Below are positions 1 through 11,848 of a DNA stretch of 61,940 nucleotides, piece by piece. A program made the translations under genes and the position numbers. Origin of the DNA: Psammoneis japonica. Its lineage: Eukaryota. The DNA is taken from assembly GCA_008632985.1 (NCBI GenBank), contig QPGO01000149.1, positions 124,001-185,940 of the forward strand. Direction: 5' to 3'. The notes under the pieces were generated by a model. That model searched no databases. It worked only from the letters and a program-made list of their open reading frames with translations, and was not told the origin of the DNA. Each line of letters begins with the position of its first letter. Within the stretch, counting starts at the first letter, position 1.

Positions 1-25
1 CTGGATTGGCTCTTGTCCTCATCCT

Positions 26-1873
26 CTACCTTCCCGTGTAGCCATATTCGCGTCCCTTTGTTTTCTTGAGCTCTTCTTCATCAATACCCTGATAGGCTTC
101 GCCGGCATTGTACCCATGAAACACCTTGGCGGTGATTTCCACCTGAGCGTCATCCGGAACAAGCTCCTTGGGGATTTCCACACGATTGACAATTTTGATT
201 CCGGTATTGACAATGGCATTGTACTTCATGTCCGACATGCTGATAAAGTTGTGAATTTTGGTAACTCCCAAAAAGTGAAGCGGATCCGGCATGAGTGCCT
301 GAAAGCGAGTGTCTTGGACACCGGCAACTTGTTCGGTGCACGAAAAGTACTTTTCCGCCGAGTCACCACCTTCTTGGCGTTTGCGAGTATTGTACACCAG
401 ATACTTGGTCACTTCGCCAAGACTCCGTCCCTCCTTGCGAAAGTAAATGACAATGCCACATCCACCACGCTGGGCCGTCTTGATGCACTCCTCAATGGCA
501 TGAGTCAGGTAGGGACGACAGGTGCAAATGTCGGATCCAAACACGTCACTGCCATTGCACTCGTCGTGAACGCGGCACGTGAGTTCAATGTCCTCGTCGG
601 GAATGGTGTCGGGATCACCCCTGACACACACACACACACAAAAGGTAGCACAGGCAGAGTGAGTGACAATAAATTGAATACACAACATAACTGACAAACG
701 TGAGTTCCGTTGCATTTACCATATATAAATCGTCAATCCTCCGATTGGCGGAAGAAAGATTTTGATATCCGGCCTAGTAATGAGTTCTGGATACATGCCG
801 TTCGTTTGGCTAGCAGCGGAAGCAACAATCACACAGCGTGAAAAACAAAAACGGAGAATCGCACAAAAAGATTATCCCAAAACTAGCCGGAAACTTACCG
901 AAAGATGCTTTGACGAAGAAACGGTTCGGTCGTTCCAAAACGACGGGCCACCTCGGGCAAGTACCACACTGGTTCAATCGCCGCCTTGGCAACAATCGAC
1001 TGACCACTCGCCAACAAAATCTTTCCATCCGGCACGAGCCGCCCCGCAGCAACAGCCTCACGGCATTCCGGCAAATCGATATGAGCCTTGGTCACGGCAA
1101 TGGTGGGACGAATGTCCCAACCCTTCTTGAGATAGGCGCCGTACTTTTCCGTAATCAAATGCCCAAACGGATCAATCGTTGCCACCTTTTTCGGATCGGC
1201 CCATGCGGGATGAGGACCAATGTTAAAGACAGGCGACGTCAGCGACAAGTCGGGCAGATAATCGGGATTGAGTTTGCCCGCCGCCACGGCCAAGCCCGTG
1301 TAAATGCAATACGACCCCGAGTGTGCCCCAATGGCGTTGCGCTGATTGGCATGACGCACCGTGCAAATCACGGGACCACGGACATTGGGGTCTGGGTGGC
1401 CCCAACTAATTGGAACCGGGTCGACACCAAATGTGTCAGCGTGGGACGTGAGATTGACACAGTCCATTTCTGTTGTAATTTCGGGAGCTGGAACGTCCTT
1501 ATCGACTGAGAAAGAAACAAAACGAGCAAGACAGAATCAGATGAGGAACAAAAAGTCATTATGAACAACATCGTAAGCACCGAATCAGACGAGAGAAACA
1601 GAGAGAGAGAGAGCCATTGTGATCAAGGAGCTGCAGAGGCTTGTCGCATGGTTTATTCCTTTGGCTCATTCCATGGCATGTGACTTTCTGAAAGTGAGTG
1701 CACACGCACCCGCAACATGCGTGTGCGTGGTCGCTGAAAAATTTGAACAAAGCAGAACTGAACGGTCTCTTGGCTCCACTGCATCGCTCACACTCACCAT
1801 CTTCTGAGTTTGATGTCAGACGAATCTTCTTTCGAGCGCTTCCGGAATGCGGTGACGGTTTTAGGGCTTCCAT
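26..1873 (-). CDS. GTP cyclohydrolase II family / uracil-regulated protein 1 (URG1)-like, spliced; exons approx. 1873-1798, 1505-899, 809-720, 620-26
   Basis: Joining at GT..AG sites gives one frame with RNAIGAHSGSYCIY, AAIEPVWYLPEVARRFG, YPELITRPDIKIFLPPIGG, RVHDECNGSDVFGSDICTCRPYL, YFRKEGRSLGEVTK and ISMSDMKY. These motifs are typical of the URG1/GCH-II group. The first exon is least certain. Confidence 0.88.
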
Positions 1874-2038
1874 GTTGGTCGTTGGGGGACAAGCAACAAT
1901 GTTTTGTGTTTGTTGATTGTTGACGTCGTTGCGATCGGCATCGGAATCGAAATTCGAATTCTGCCGAATCTTCCAATCAGATCGCAAGCTTCAACCTTTA
2001 CGTAGTTTCTGGTACAACTGCTACGTAGCCTACGTCAC

Positions 2039-2075
2039 CAAAAGCGCGGGAATAAACTAAAAACCCGCGCTTTTG
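2039..2075. repeat. Perfect 12-bp inverted repeat (CAAAAGCGCGGG / CCCGCGCTTTTG), 13-nt loop
   Basis: Arms read directly at 2039-2050 and 2064-2075. Confidence 0.9.
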
Positions 2076-2089
2076 ATCGATACAACACA

Positions 2090-2890
2090 TGGGAACCTGT
2101 GTGGTTTGGAAATTGACAAGAACACAAACAGGCAAACAAGAGAAACGAAACACGAGTCCGTGTCCGATGCTCACTCAATGGGCATTACATCCATTGCCGC
2201 AAATGATGACCATTGTGAAGAAACAATCCATGCCTCCAGCACCATTTTTGGTGTTGTGCAGCAGAGAGCAAAAAACCGGTCAACGTTGTTTTTCAAAGCC
2301 CAGAAAACCCAGCTTGAGACCAGAAAAGGATTTCTTCCCAGGCGCGCAGATTCAGATGTGGCACAGCAACATTTGCATTTGCAACAACAACATTTGTTGC
2401 TGCCATAAGCAGCCACAGCTCATGATGCTTGTTCATGCCCTCGTGCTGTCATCTCAAGCAAAAAAGGAGCTGGGCTGCTCATTTTTCACATCGCCGCTGC
2501 TCTTTGTCTTGTCATGTGTCATGTCATCACCTGCAGCACATGTCCTCTGCTCTAAAATTTGTCATGTGTTTTGCCTCCCTCTCATTGTCGTTTGGCCTTG
2601 TCAGCTGTGAAAAAACTCCTGGCTCAAAGTCGTCGTTGTGACAAGGGTGCGAGCAGGTGCAAGGGGGGCAGTGCTGGCTGGTGTCTGCCTGTCAGGTGAG
2701 AGGCAAATTGTGTCAAATATTTGCAAAATGCTCTCCAACTCTCTAGCCTGATGGCTCTCTGCAAACAGACCTGAACCACCAAATCTGTGAACGAAGTTAG
2801 CTGCACTTGATTGATGTTCGAATGTTACAATGCCGTAAAACAAAGGAGCACGGACAAGCGCACAGCCAGCCACGCAAACCCGCTGACCCC
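2090..2890. repeat. Unclassified TpA-poor, TG/CA-rich segment, probable degenerate repeat
   Basis: TA is scarce relative to the flanks and there is no credible ORF. Composition resembles the identified TE remnants. Boundaries approximate. Confidence 0.5.
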
Positions 2891-3405
2891 TGTCAATAAT
2901 TGTTGCTCAACAGACATTTATTGGGGTGTATCAATACATCCTACGGTATGTAGGAATTTAAATGTTCTTTGTGACCTTCGATAGATGATCTCGTACGAGG
3001 ATTTATGGCAACGGAAAGAAGGTCAATCCGAACGGAGATTCTTCGGTTCACTTTTTCGATACACTCAAAGAATTGTATTATACTGAGCATAAGAAACAAA
3101 AACGGTTTCAGACACTTATGTCCTTCCGGTCTTACCGGGAATGGCTTCTATATATATAGGTGGGTTGGACAAAAGTCATACGAGACACTCGGTAGGACGG
3201 ACCGCTCGTGCAGGTTCACCGCAAAATGCAATCAAAGAATCTCTCTCGCAACATCGAGCATCAGAGGTCATTACTCAAGACCACCGCGAGGGAGGGTGAG
3301 ATTGGGACAGCCTCTTGTACTGTACCTCTTTGTCACTCCAACTCTTTCGAAGGCTAATTTGCATTCCATCATTTTGAAATTACAAGAAACCGTCGTTGAA
3401 GAATA

Positions 3406-5682
3406 ATGGCGACTTCAGTTGCGAGCAGTAGTAGCACAGAAGAGGCAAGATATGTTGTGAATCCTCGAGTTGATTGTTTGGTGGTACCGCAAGCACCTCT
3501 TGCATTACAAGCCAGACGCAGATTGAGTGGAGAGGAACGTGCGTCGAGACGCAAAACAATGGGCGACGAGCCTGCTTACTACCCTCCGGTGTTGAAGCAG
3601 AGCAAGAGCCAGAATGAACGGCGAACCAAGAAGAAGGAACATAGATCTAGCAGACACCACAGCATCAAACACAACAAGGAACGAAGGACACTTCGTGACG
3701 AATACAAGAAAATGGGTGATACCATGTTTCAATCAAAAGCATATACGGATGCCATTGAGCAGTACACGTATGCTCTGACGCTGGACCCCAAGAGTCACAT
3801 TATACTCTCGAATCGAAGTGCAGCTTACTACAAGCAGGGCGACAAGGAGAAGGCTCTTGAAGACGCACGAGCCGCGGTGGCAGCCAACCCGAAGTTCACT
3901 GTTGGCTATGGTCGGCTTGCCTGCACGCTTCAAAAGATGAAACAGTGGGAGGGTGCGTTGGACGCATTCTCCAAAATGCTAGAATTGGAACCAACGAACG
4001 CTGTGGCTCAACGAGGAATCGAGAGTTGTGCCAAGAAAGTCCAACATGTCGAACAACAAGTTGAAAGTGATACTACGCTCAATCGAAGGAGGTTATCTAG
4101 CGAATCAGAACAGACTGAACAAAGGAGATACAGCACTGGAAGCAATCGACGTCCAAAGTCAAATCTGAAACGCTGGCCTTCCACTCAAGCGGAAGGGCAG
4201 ACAAGCATTCCAGAGGAACCCGAAGCTGTTGTAATCCCGCCCTCCTCTTCTGATTTGTCGGAAATATCCAAGCAACTTCGTACGCTCCAGGCCATCAACA
4301 AGGCCCAAGCCGCCCAGAACGAGCGCCTCGAGCGTCAGCTTCAAATCATGTCGGAACTCAAGGGCATCTCGGTCGCCGACGTCCGGTGCGAGTTGCGAGA
4401 AGCTTGTCGAAACCAAGCCGACGCGGAAGTCCAAGCCCAGGTTGCATCGTTACGAGCCGAAATTGAAATGCACAACTATCAAGAAAACAACACCAGAAAG
4501 GATGCGGCAGCATTCGAAAAAGAGTCGGCCGAAAAGAAGATCGCGAACCTTCAGTTGAGAGTTGGCGAGCTGGAAGAAGTGGAGGCTGCTCTTCGAAAAG
4601 AAAACAATGGCTTGTATTATAGAGTGCGAGATGAAGCATCCAAGGTGTCTCTTCTCTCTGCAACATGTGGGCATCAGAAGGAGCATATCAAGGAACTTCT
4701 CGAGCGCAATGACGATGAAGAGACTGAAACGTATCAAGCGAAGAAGATTGAAGAATTAACTGAATTGTTGCGGAAAGCAGAAGTCACTGTTCGTATTGAA
4801 AGTGACCGTGCCGACCTTTTGGAAAGTGAATCAGAAGCTCGTGAAAAGATGAGTCAGCTACGGAAGGAACAGTTTGAATGCAGATTGAATATCCAAGACC
4901 AACGGATTAGGGATCTGGAACAGCAGCTATCCTCGCTCTATGCCGCTTGTGAAATACTTCGGGACGAAACTCCTCCTACTGTATCCACGGACGGAACGGG
5001 TTCCACACACTCACCGGCTTCTTCTCCTGTTTCGCGCAGCCAACAACAGGAAGATTCTGATTCTCAGGTTGCACGTCGAATGCAAGATGAGATTAATAGC
5101 GAGCACCATCGTCTCACCGGTGGGGGCGGAGGAGTTGGCGCCTCGTTAGCATCCATGATGACGCCAGTTCCTCATTTTTCGGGTGCGATGGGTAACGGCA
5201 CGGACGGTGCCATGACGTCGGCATGGAACAATGCACGCGACGCTGTCCTTCCCGAAAAGGTAGTGTCTGGATTTCTATGGAAGCTGGATAGAGAGGCTCA
5301 GCATGGATGGTCGAAACAATATTTTGTCTTGCAAGGAAGCTATGGGAATTACCAGCTCAGCTACAGCGAAGGCCCTATGCAACGTGCTCGTTGCGAGCTA
5401 GGTTTGATCACCAACATGTCAACGGTGGCACAATGCGATGACTTTCGTGACGAGCAACCTCACGCACTCGTCTTACACATGGATTCTGGAGATTCGCGTG
5501 CACCCATTGTCTACGCGGCAGCCTCATCTCAGAGAAATCTGGATAAATGGCTCAACGCTCTACGAGAAGCATCTCAGGAAGGAGCAGCTTCTCCAAAATC
5601 TGCAACTTCTGATTTTGAAACAGCCATGAACTACCAGAGAATGCAGTTTGATGATATGGCAAGAAGACATAGCTGCAACTAG
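3406..5682 (+). CDS. TPR (STI1/SGT-like) + coiled-coil + C-terminal PH domain protein, paralogue 1
   Basis: 758-aa ORF. TPRs (YTDAIEQYTYALTLDPKSHIILSNRSAAY), long coiled coil, PH-like VSGFLWKLD...WSKQYFVL...LDKWLNAL. The start could instead be MGDEP at 3559. Confidence 0.88.
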   Translation: MATSVASSSSTEEARYVVNPRVDCLVVPQAPLALQARRRLSGEERASRRKTMGDEPAYYPPVLKQSKSQNERRTKKKEHRSSRHHSIKHNKERRTLRDEYKKMGDTMFQSKAYTDAIEQYTYALTLDPKSHIILSNRSAAYYKQGDKEKALEDARAAVAANPKFTVGYGRLACTLQKMKQWEGALDAFSKMLELEPTNAVAQRGIESCAKKVQHVEQQVESDTTLNRRRLSSESEQTEQRRYSTGSNRRPKSNLKRWPSTQAEGQTSIPEEPEAVVIPPSSSDLSEISKQLRTLQAINKAQAAQNERLERQLQIMSELKGISVADVRCELREACRNQADAEVQAQVASLRAEIEMHNYQENNTRKDAAAFEKESAEKKIANLQLRVGELEEVEAALRKENNGLYYRVRDEASKVSLLSATCGHQKEHIKELLERNDDEETETYQAKKIEELTELLRKAEVTVRIESDRADLLESESEAREKMSQLRKEQFECRLNIQDQRIRDLEQQLSSLYAACEILRDETPPTVSTDGTGSTHSPASSPVSRSQQQEDSDSQVARRMQDEINSEHHRLTGGGGGVGASLASMMTPVPHFSGAMGNGTDGAMTSAWNNARDAVLPEKVVSGFLWKLDREAQHGWSKQYFVLQGSYGNYQLSYSEGPMQRARCELGLITNMSTVAQCDDFRDEQPHALVLHMDSGDSRAPIVYAAASSQRNLDKWLNALREASQEGAASPKSATSDFETAMNYQRMQFDDMARRHSCN

Positions 5683-5828
5683 AGACCTAACGTTGATAGA
5701 CGGCAAATGCTTTTTCTCTATCTCTACACTAATAGCTTATTCTACCTTTTGTTTCAAGCTTCTTAGGCTAGAGCAGTAGTACCGACATATCCAGAAACTG
5801 TTGATCAGCAGGGCTGGTATCTTCCACA

Positions 5829-8327
5829 TTATCTGAACCAATTGGCCTTCTTCAACAGTTGTGAGACACGTGTACCAAAAGAACTGAAAAAAGTCTTGTT
5901 GTTCAAGGTCCTACGACGCTGTGGTAGTCCTTGCCCCACATCAATGTTGTGTTTTCTGGTGGAAAACGACTCTGCGTTTTCACAGCAAGCTTCAACAGCC
6001 ATGTAGCTACCCTGGTTCTCTCCGTCACACTCATATTTTAACTCGACTCCGTATTCACCAAAGCCAGAGGCACAACAGAGACCGTTTCCTAGCGAATCGG
6101 AGATTTGGAAGTCCAGAATGTCGTCAAAGGCTACCCTTCCACTCCACTCGTACCATTCCCCAGATGTGCGTCCTTGTCCACTTCCAGCATCCAGCGTTCG
6201 TCCGAGCCAGTCCTTCAACTCCCAAGACGTTTGTTCGGGAAAGTCATCAAAGATAATTAGGACTTGTACAGTTACACATTTCTCTGGAGTAGTCGATTCC
6301 GTTGGCATTTGTGACGGTCGCATTGTCGGCAATTCCGTTGGCAGCTGTGTCGGTTGCATTGTCGCAAAAGGTTGTGGTGTGGCTGGACGGGTAGTCGGAC
6401 GTTGTGTCGGTGTCGGTGTGGGACTTGGAGAGGTAGGGCGACCGGTAGTCGGACGTTGTGTCGGTGTTGGTGTGGGACTTGGAGTGGTGGGGCGACGGGT
6501 AGGTGGTGGTGTAGGCGGAGGAGTCGTTGGCCGTCGCGTTGGTGATGTTGTGGGGAGTGGAGTGGGCCGCCTTGTCGGTTGCGGCGTGGCGGGACGAGGA
6601 GTTGGCTGACGCGTCGTTACAACGGTTGGAGCCCAGGTTGGTGCCACAGTTGCAATCAGACTTGGTCTCGCAGTTGCGATCAGACTTGGTGCAAAGGTTT
6701 CGATTTGTTGACGAGTCTCGAAAGCAGAAGGCTTCTTACCACAAATCACGGGCACACAGACCTCCGTCGTGGGTGAGGATGAAGGCTCCGGCGTAGCACC
6801 GGGAACTGTCACCCCCGGGATGACGGAAAACGTCACGGAGGTTGGGCTCGTGAAATCTCCCGGAACGACCACAACAAGAGATGCCGAATCGGTGATGTCT
6901 TCACCCCGAAACACTTGAACGAAACCATTTTCAATCCCATCGTCTCCCGTGTCAATGACTGTTAGAGAACAAATACTCCCGTCCTCCACCTGAACGGGAA
7001 CCTGAACCAACGAATTGGGTTGTTGGTACACACCGGGTGGGAAGTTGACCAGTGTTTCCGACGCGCATTCTAGTTCCCAGCCGATTTCTTGTGGACGGGA
7101 ATCAAGCTGAATCACAACGGTCAAACGGATTGTCTCAGAGGAGGAGGAAGACGACTGTGACCGTAGGACAAGGGGCACGGTCACACCCACGACCACAACT
7201 GCAATCGCTAATAAAAGAAATGACAAAATGACAACCATCCGCCCTCTCTTGTTGCGTGGCATGACTGCTGCTTCGGCATAGGGAAGTTCTTCCCCTCCTC
7301 CTCCTGGAGGATTCGCTGGAACTGCTGCTGCTGACGGCGCCTGGTTTTCGGGTGGCACAAGGACGGCACTAAGCAGCACTGTACTTTGTTCTTCAGGTTG
7401 TGGAGGAGCAGCAACGGGTTCCTGTTGGGACGGTGCAATGGATTCGTAGGATCGACCGTGTTGCTGTTGTCCTCCAGGTCCACTTATGGCAACAGCACCA
7501 ATCGTCTCTTGAGCATCATGGTGTCCTTCCTCACGTGGAATTGAATCGTCCAAACCTTGATCCGTGGGAGAAACAGCCTCGGCTGTCGTTTCATCATTGG
7601 TAGAAACGGGCTTGGTTTTTTTGACCTTGATAGGTGGCTTCATCATCATTCCAGAATCGGCGGCAGCTCGTTGCTCTTCGGTTGGAAGCATCCACGGAAC
7701 CTCTTGCGGTTGGGATACCGGTGGTTGGAGAGAAGCATAGGCAGCAGCATCAGGCGGGCTCGTCATGCTTGCTATCATGGCACCTCTTGTTGTTTTGGTC
7801 TTTTTAAGCATTGCGGCGTCATGTTCATCTTGTGACATTCTATTACGTTCCTCGGTGCTGAGTTTCCAAGGAACTTCGTGGGGACCACTCTCGGCCGAGT
7901 TTAACGTTGGTGCACCTTCGTATTGTTGCTGGGCGTAAATGGCACTACGATACTCGTCAGGAGACATCCATGAAAATTCCTTTGGGACACCGACACTTGA
8001 ATCTACTTCCGAGGCAATCGTTTGCTGCTGCCCCTTGGAGGTCGTAGTATCTTTTTGTTGGCGGCCCACTTGATCGTAATGGACGGTAGTAGACGGTCGG
8101 TTCACAACACGGCCGGGTCGGCTGGGTGCATGTGGTCGTGCGATTGCAGCAGTGTCTTCTTGTTGTCGCATCATCACTCGCTGCTGTTGAGAAGTCCTTC
8201 TCGGTGGAGGCAGCGGTTGCGCGTCTTCCTCTTCTTCACGATTCCTCGTCCTTTGGGCATGATGACGAACCGCCGAGGAGGAGTAATGTCCTCGACTGTG
8301 ACTGTCTTGTACGCCATCGCCCTTCAT
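5829..8327 (-). CDS. Single-pass membrane protein: disordered N-terminus, TM helix, two copies of a small beta-rich extracellular domain separated by a Pro/Thr mucin-like stalk
   Basis: ~830-aa ORF. TM is VVILSFLLLAIAVVVVGVTVPLVL. Repeated domain reads TVVIQLDSRPQEIGWEL..IDTGDDG and TVQVLIIFDDFPEQTSWEL..ISDSLGNGLCC. PTxRPT repeats lie between them. Confidence 0.8.
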   Translation of the reverse strand: MKGDGVQDSHSRGHYSSSAVRHHAQRTRNREEEEDAQPLPPPRRTSQQQRVMMRQQEDTAAIARPHAPSRPGRVVNRPSTTVHYDQVGRQQKDTTTSKGQQQTIASEVDSSVGVPKEFSWMSPDEYRSAIYAQQQYEGAPTLNSAESGPHEVPWKLSTEERNRMSQDEHDAAMLKKTKTTRGAMIASMTSPPDAAAYASLQPPVSQPQEVPWMLPTEEQRAAADSGMMMKPPIKVKKTKPVSTNDETTAEAVSPTDQGLDDSIPREEGHHDAQETIGAVAISGPGGQQQHGRSYESIAPSQQEPVAAPPQPEEQSTVLLSAVLVPPENQAPSAAAVPANPPGGGGEELPYAEAAVMPRNKRGRMVVILSFLLLAIAVVVVGVTVPLVLRSQSSSSSSETIRLTVVIQLDSRPQEIGWELECASETLVNFPPGVYQQPNSLVQVPVQVEDGSICSLTVIDTGDDGIENGFVQVFRGEDITDSASLVVVVPGDFTSPTSVTFSVIPGVTVPGATPEPSSSPTTEVCVPVICGKKPSAFETRQQIETFAPSLIATARPSLIATVAPTWAPTVVTTRQPTPRPATPQPTRRPTPLPTTSPTRRPTTPPPTPPPTRRPTTPSPTPTPTQRPTTGRPTSPSPTPTPTQRPTTRPATPQPFATMQPTQLPTELPTMRPSQMPTESTTPEKCVTVQVLIIFDDFPEQTSWELKDWLGRTLDAGSGQGRTSGEWYEWSGRVAFDDILDFQISDSLGNGLCCASGFGEYGVELKYECDGENQGSYMAVEACCENAESFSTRKHNIDVGQGLPQRRRTLNNKTFFSSFGTRVSQLLKKANWFR
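6300..6690 (-). repeat. Coding tandem repeats (PTRRPT / SPTPTPTQRPT; PSLIAT x2)
   Basis: Near-identical units ggtagtcggacgttgtgtcggtgt at ~6390 and ~6444. Confidence 0.8.
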
Positions 8328-8599
8328 CAAGAGGGTGTTTGTGTTTGAAACAAAAAATAATGGACAACCGTACCCTTTTCTCTTTCCTCTCTACCTACCG
8401 GTACCTCGCTCTGTTCTTGTTTTTCGTTTCATTTTACACGAACTCACGACTGATCCGCGGGTGCGCTGGTAGGTCGCTGGTCGCGTGTCGCGTGTCGCGT
8501 TCTCATGTTGCGTCATGATTGCATCACCAAACAAACGCGGATGATACGTACAGTACGTTCGACATCCATCCTCGCTGAATCACAGTCTAGCAGTTAAGC

Positions 8600-11039
8600 C
8601 CATTGTTGCTGGCAGCTGCAGGATGTTTTTGTCCATCATTGTGCACAGAAGCATGTTTGAGCTGGCGTCTGATTGACAGGGTGTTTCTTCTCACCTGTGA
8701 TGAAAAGACACTGCTGATGACCAGCAGGTGTGGGAGCCTGCTCAAGCCCTCATCAAGCCACAGAAGGCAACAAAAACAAAACAAACAAGCACTTCTGAAA
8801 AAGGAGAGCAGCTTTTTTGATGCTGGCCTTGTGCTGGCAGCAGCAGACAGTGTTTTCATCAGCAGCAGGAGCCTCGCCTGTCACAGAATGCGCTGTGGTG
8901 GTCAAGGGCTCCCTTTTCCTTTTGATGGATGTGTTGTCACACTGTGACAGATGGCCAGTTGTGCAAAACATGATTTTTTTTGCAATCACAAAATGACCCC
9001 CTTGCCAGAGAACAAAGAGCTTGCGCTGCTGCAGGAAACTTTGCCCCTTCCTTCTTGTCGCTGCAAAGCTAGACAGACAAAAGCCTTTTGCACATCACAA
9101 GGTGCTTTCATTGTCAAATTCATTGGCTTGGTCAAGTTTGTTTGTTAAAATGTTTTCCTTCGCTGATCATCCCCAGCTTGTCATGATGCCAGCCACTGGC
9201 CAGGATCGGCTTGACCAGATGATGCAATTGCAAGAGTTGGCTGGGCCAGACTTTTGTTCTTTGTCATTTTCATCTGAGCTCCAACACTGGTGCTTGTGCT
9301 TTTGCCAGCTGCTGTGCTGGTTGCTTCCTGTCAGTCCAGTTCTTGCCCTTCTTTTGAGCCATTTTTCTTGTTGCTGCTGTGTTGCATGTGTCAAACTCCA
9401 CACCCTTTGTGCTCACCCTGCTGCCCTCTGTCACTGTTTTGTGCAGCTCCTCTGCCAAAAAGACAAAGAGAAAGAAGATGATGGGGGGTGCGGCAATGAC
9501 AAGAGCGATGATCATGATGCAGCTGGTGGTCAAAAGGTGATGAGGGTGACAACAACAAAGATGGAGAGTGCAACAACCCAGAAGATGTGCAAGCTCTAAC
9601 TTCATTTCCCCTCCTCCCATCATTGCGCCATCCAACTGAGCTGGCCACCCCTCCAAGCCAGTGCACATGGTGGGACCTTTCATTCACACACAAAATGGAA
9701 TCCTCCAACACACCTCTGTCGTGCCTCCATGTCACACTCAGACATGTTTTGCCTGCTGCAGGGACAACCATTGCATCCTGTAAAAAGGAGTGCTGGGGCT
9801 TCCCCACCCAAACATTTCTGAGCTGTGCTCCCACCTCAGGGATGCCATCACACTCCCCCTGCCACTCCTCAAGCCACCATGAACATGGCAGCCATCAGAG
9901 CCTCCTCCACTCAAGCCGCTGCAACCACACCAAGAAGAACTGTCACAACCACAGCCACTGCTCCCACCACTGCCAAGTCTGCCTCCTGAAGCTGACCCCC
10001 ACCCAGTTTCAACTGACAACCCAAGCAAGTTGCTTTCTTGCTTCATGACAATGACCTCGCATCCCACACCAACCCAGCCATGGTTGGGTGACCACACCCC
10101 ATTGGAAAAAGGACCTCTTTTCATTGCCCCAAAGGGAGGCTGTCCCACAACCCCCCTTGAGGAGGGCTGCAAAATGAGCCATGTTCCCTTGAATGTTGGC
10201 AGCAATTTGATGGAGGTGACCTGCAAGCTGCAAGGAGAGTGCTGACAAAACACCCTTCATTGATGAGAGACCAACAGTTGACACTGACTGAGCTGGGAAA
10301 CAACACAATGACAAGAATTTGGTTGTACACAAAATTGTGCCCCAGCCATTGTTGCTGACTGTGCATCATGGTGAATCTGGTCTTCACCCAAAACAATGGG
10401 TTTTTCACAGCCACTTCTCCTCCCAGCGCTGCTCCAACGTGACTGCTGGCTTGTGGCATCAGAGCAACTTGTGCTGTTTTGGCAAGTTCTGAAAAGACAG
10501 CCATCAATGATTGGCTGTGCCAATGTTTGTTCTTTGTTTGAGCTGGGATCATGGGCACAACAACATCAGCGTCATTTGCTGCTGCAACAAAATGTGCTGA
10601 CGAAAATGACTGGATGCTGACAGAAACATTGCCAGTCATTTGTTTCCCTGCCATTCCACATGTTGCTGGTTTCCTCCAACAGTTGTGCCCAGCCCCATTT
10701 CTGACATTGCTTGTCACACACATTTGGCACCCCAACTCCATGTTCATTCTCCACAAGAACATCGCAGCCACCTTCCTCCAAGCCAACCCAGCGCTGCCAC
10801 GCTGGAGCTTTTTCTTAGACTCCCTGCAAGTGGTGTGTCAGCTGTGCCATTGCATGCAACCAGCTTTTCATTTGCTGTCCAACAAGCATCTCACACAATG
10901 CCTTCCATGTGCACATTTTTTGTCGCAGCACTGGATCGCACATGCAAAAGAGTGCAGCACATCTGCCCATCATCTTTTTCTGCCTCCAGCAACACAGGCA
11001 ACCAATGGAACAATCTCAGTGCTGTGATGCTGCAAATCA
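8600..11039. mobile_element. Unclassified, heavily mutated repeat, depleted in both TpA and CpG
   Basis: Very few TA and few CG over ~2.4 kb. Many overlapping Cys/His/Gln-rich nonsense ORFs. Runs into an assembly gap. No family motif recognised. Confidence 0.55.
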
Positions 11040-11212
11040 NNNNNNNNNNNNNNNNNNNNNNNNNNNNNNNNNNNNNNNNNNNNNNNNNNNNNNNNNNNNN
11101 NNNNNNNNNNNNNNNNNNNNNNNNNNNNNNNNNNNNNNNNNNNNNNNNNNNNNNNNNNNNNNNNNNNNNNNNNNNNNNNNNNNNNNNNNNNNNNNNNNNN
11201 NNNNNNNNNNNN
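11040..11212. other. Assembly gap (N run)
   Basis: N characters. Confidence 1.
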
Positions 11213-11848
11213 CCCCCCCCCCTCCCTCCCTGAAGGGCTTGCACTTTATCTCTCTAGCAAGTCATTCTACTTTTCGTTGTTAGCAAGACTGGAGAAGCTC
11301 TGCCAGAGATGGACCAGTGTTGCGCTGGATGTCTGACAGTGACAGACGTCGTTTTTTTTTCGCGGAAAACAAGAATTTGAAATTGAATGACACTAATGAC
11401 AGCACCTTTCTGTCCATTGTACATTGACTTTCCTATGTAATTTTCAACGGACAGCTGCATTGTCATATAAACTTCATTCATGTGCCTTTAAACGCCATTG
11501 AAGGTATATCACACGAGAATGACTTATACATGATTCAAATAACTTCATCACTGGAGTCAAACATTTATAAGTGATCAATGACTATCAAGCTGTGAACAAA
11601 ACGTCGTTGTTCCAACGGACGGTTGCAAAGGTGAACTCAGCGACCCACGACTCCATTTTCGAGAGGGAAGGGCTTCTACAAAAAGCAATTTTGTTTCATA
11701 CCCCGTTGCTTATAATAACAAACGATTGATTTCCATTGTGGGATTCCAGCAACAACAAGGAACAAACTCTCATTGGAGATATTGAAAAAGCGAACTTTAG
11801 AGAAAGTGTGTGAGAGAGAGCGTTACTACAGAGAAAATAAACAACAAC

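Noticed and set aside
624..640. Short (CA)n, (GA)n (~1600) and (GT)n (~19885) microsatellites
   Set aside because: Ordinary intron/UTR simple repeats.
8594..8601. TTAAGCCC as a piggyBac end
   Set aside because: No matching opposite end is visible (gap) and no transposase motif was recognised.
8587..11283. Many Cys/His-rich ORFs as zinc-finger or metallothionein genes
   Set aside because: By-product of TG/CA-rich mutated DNA; no regular ligand spacing.
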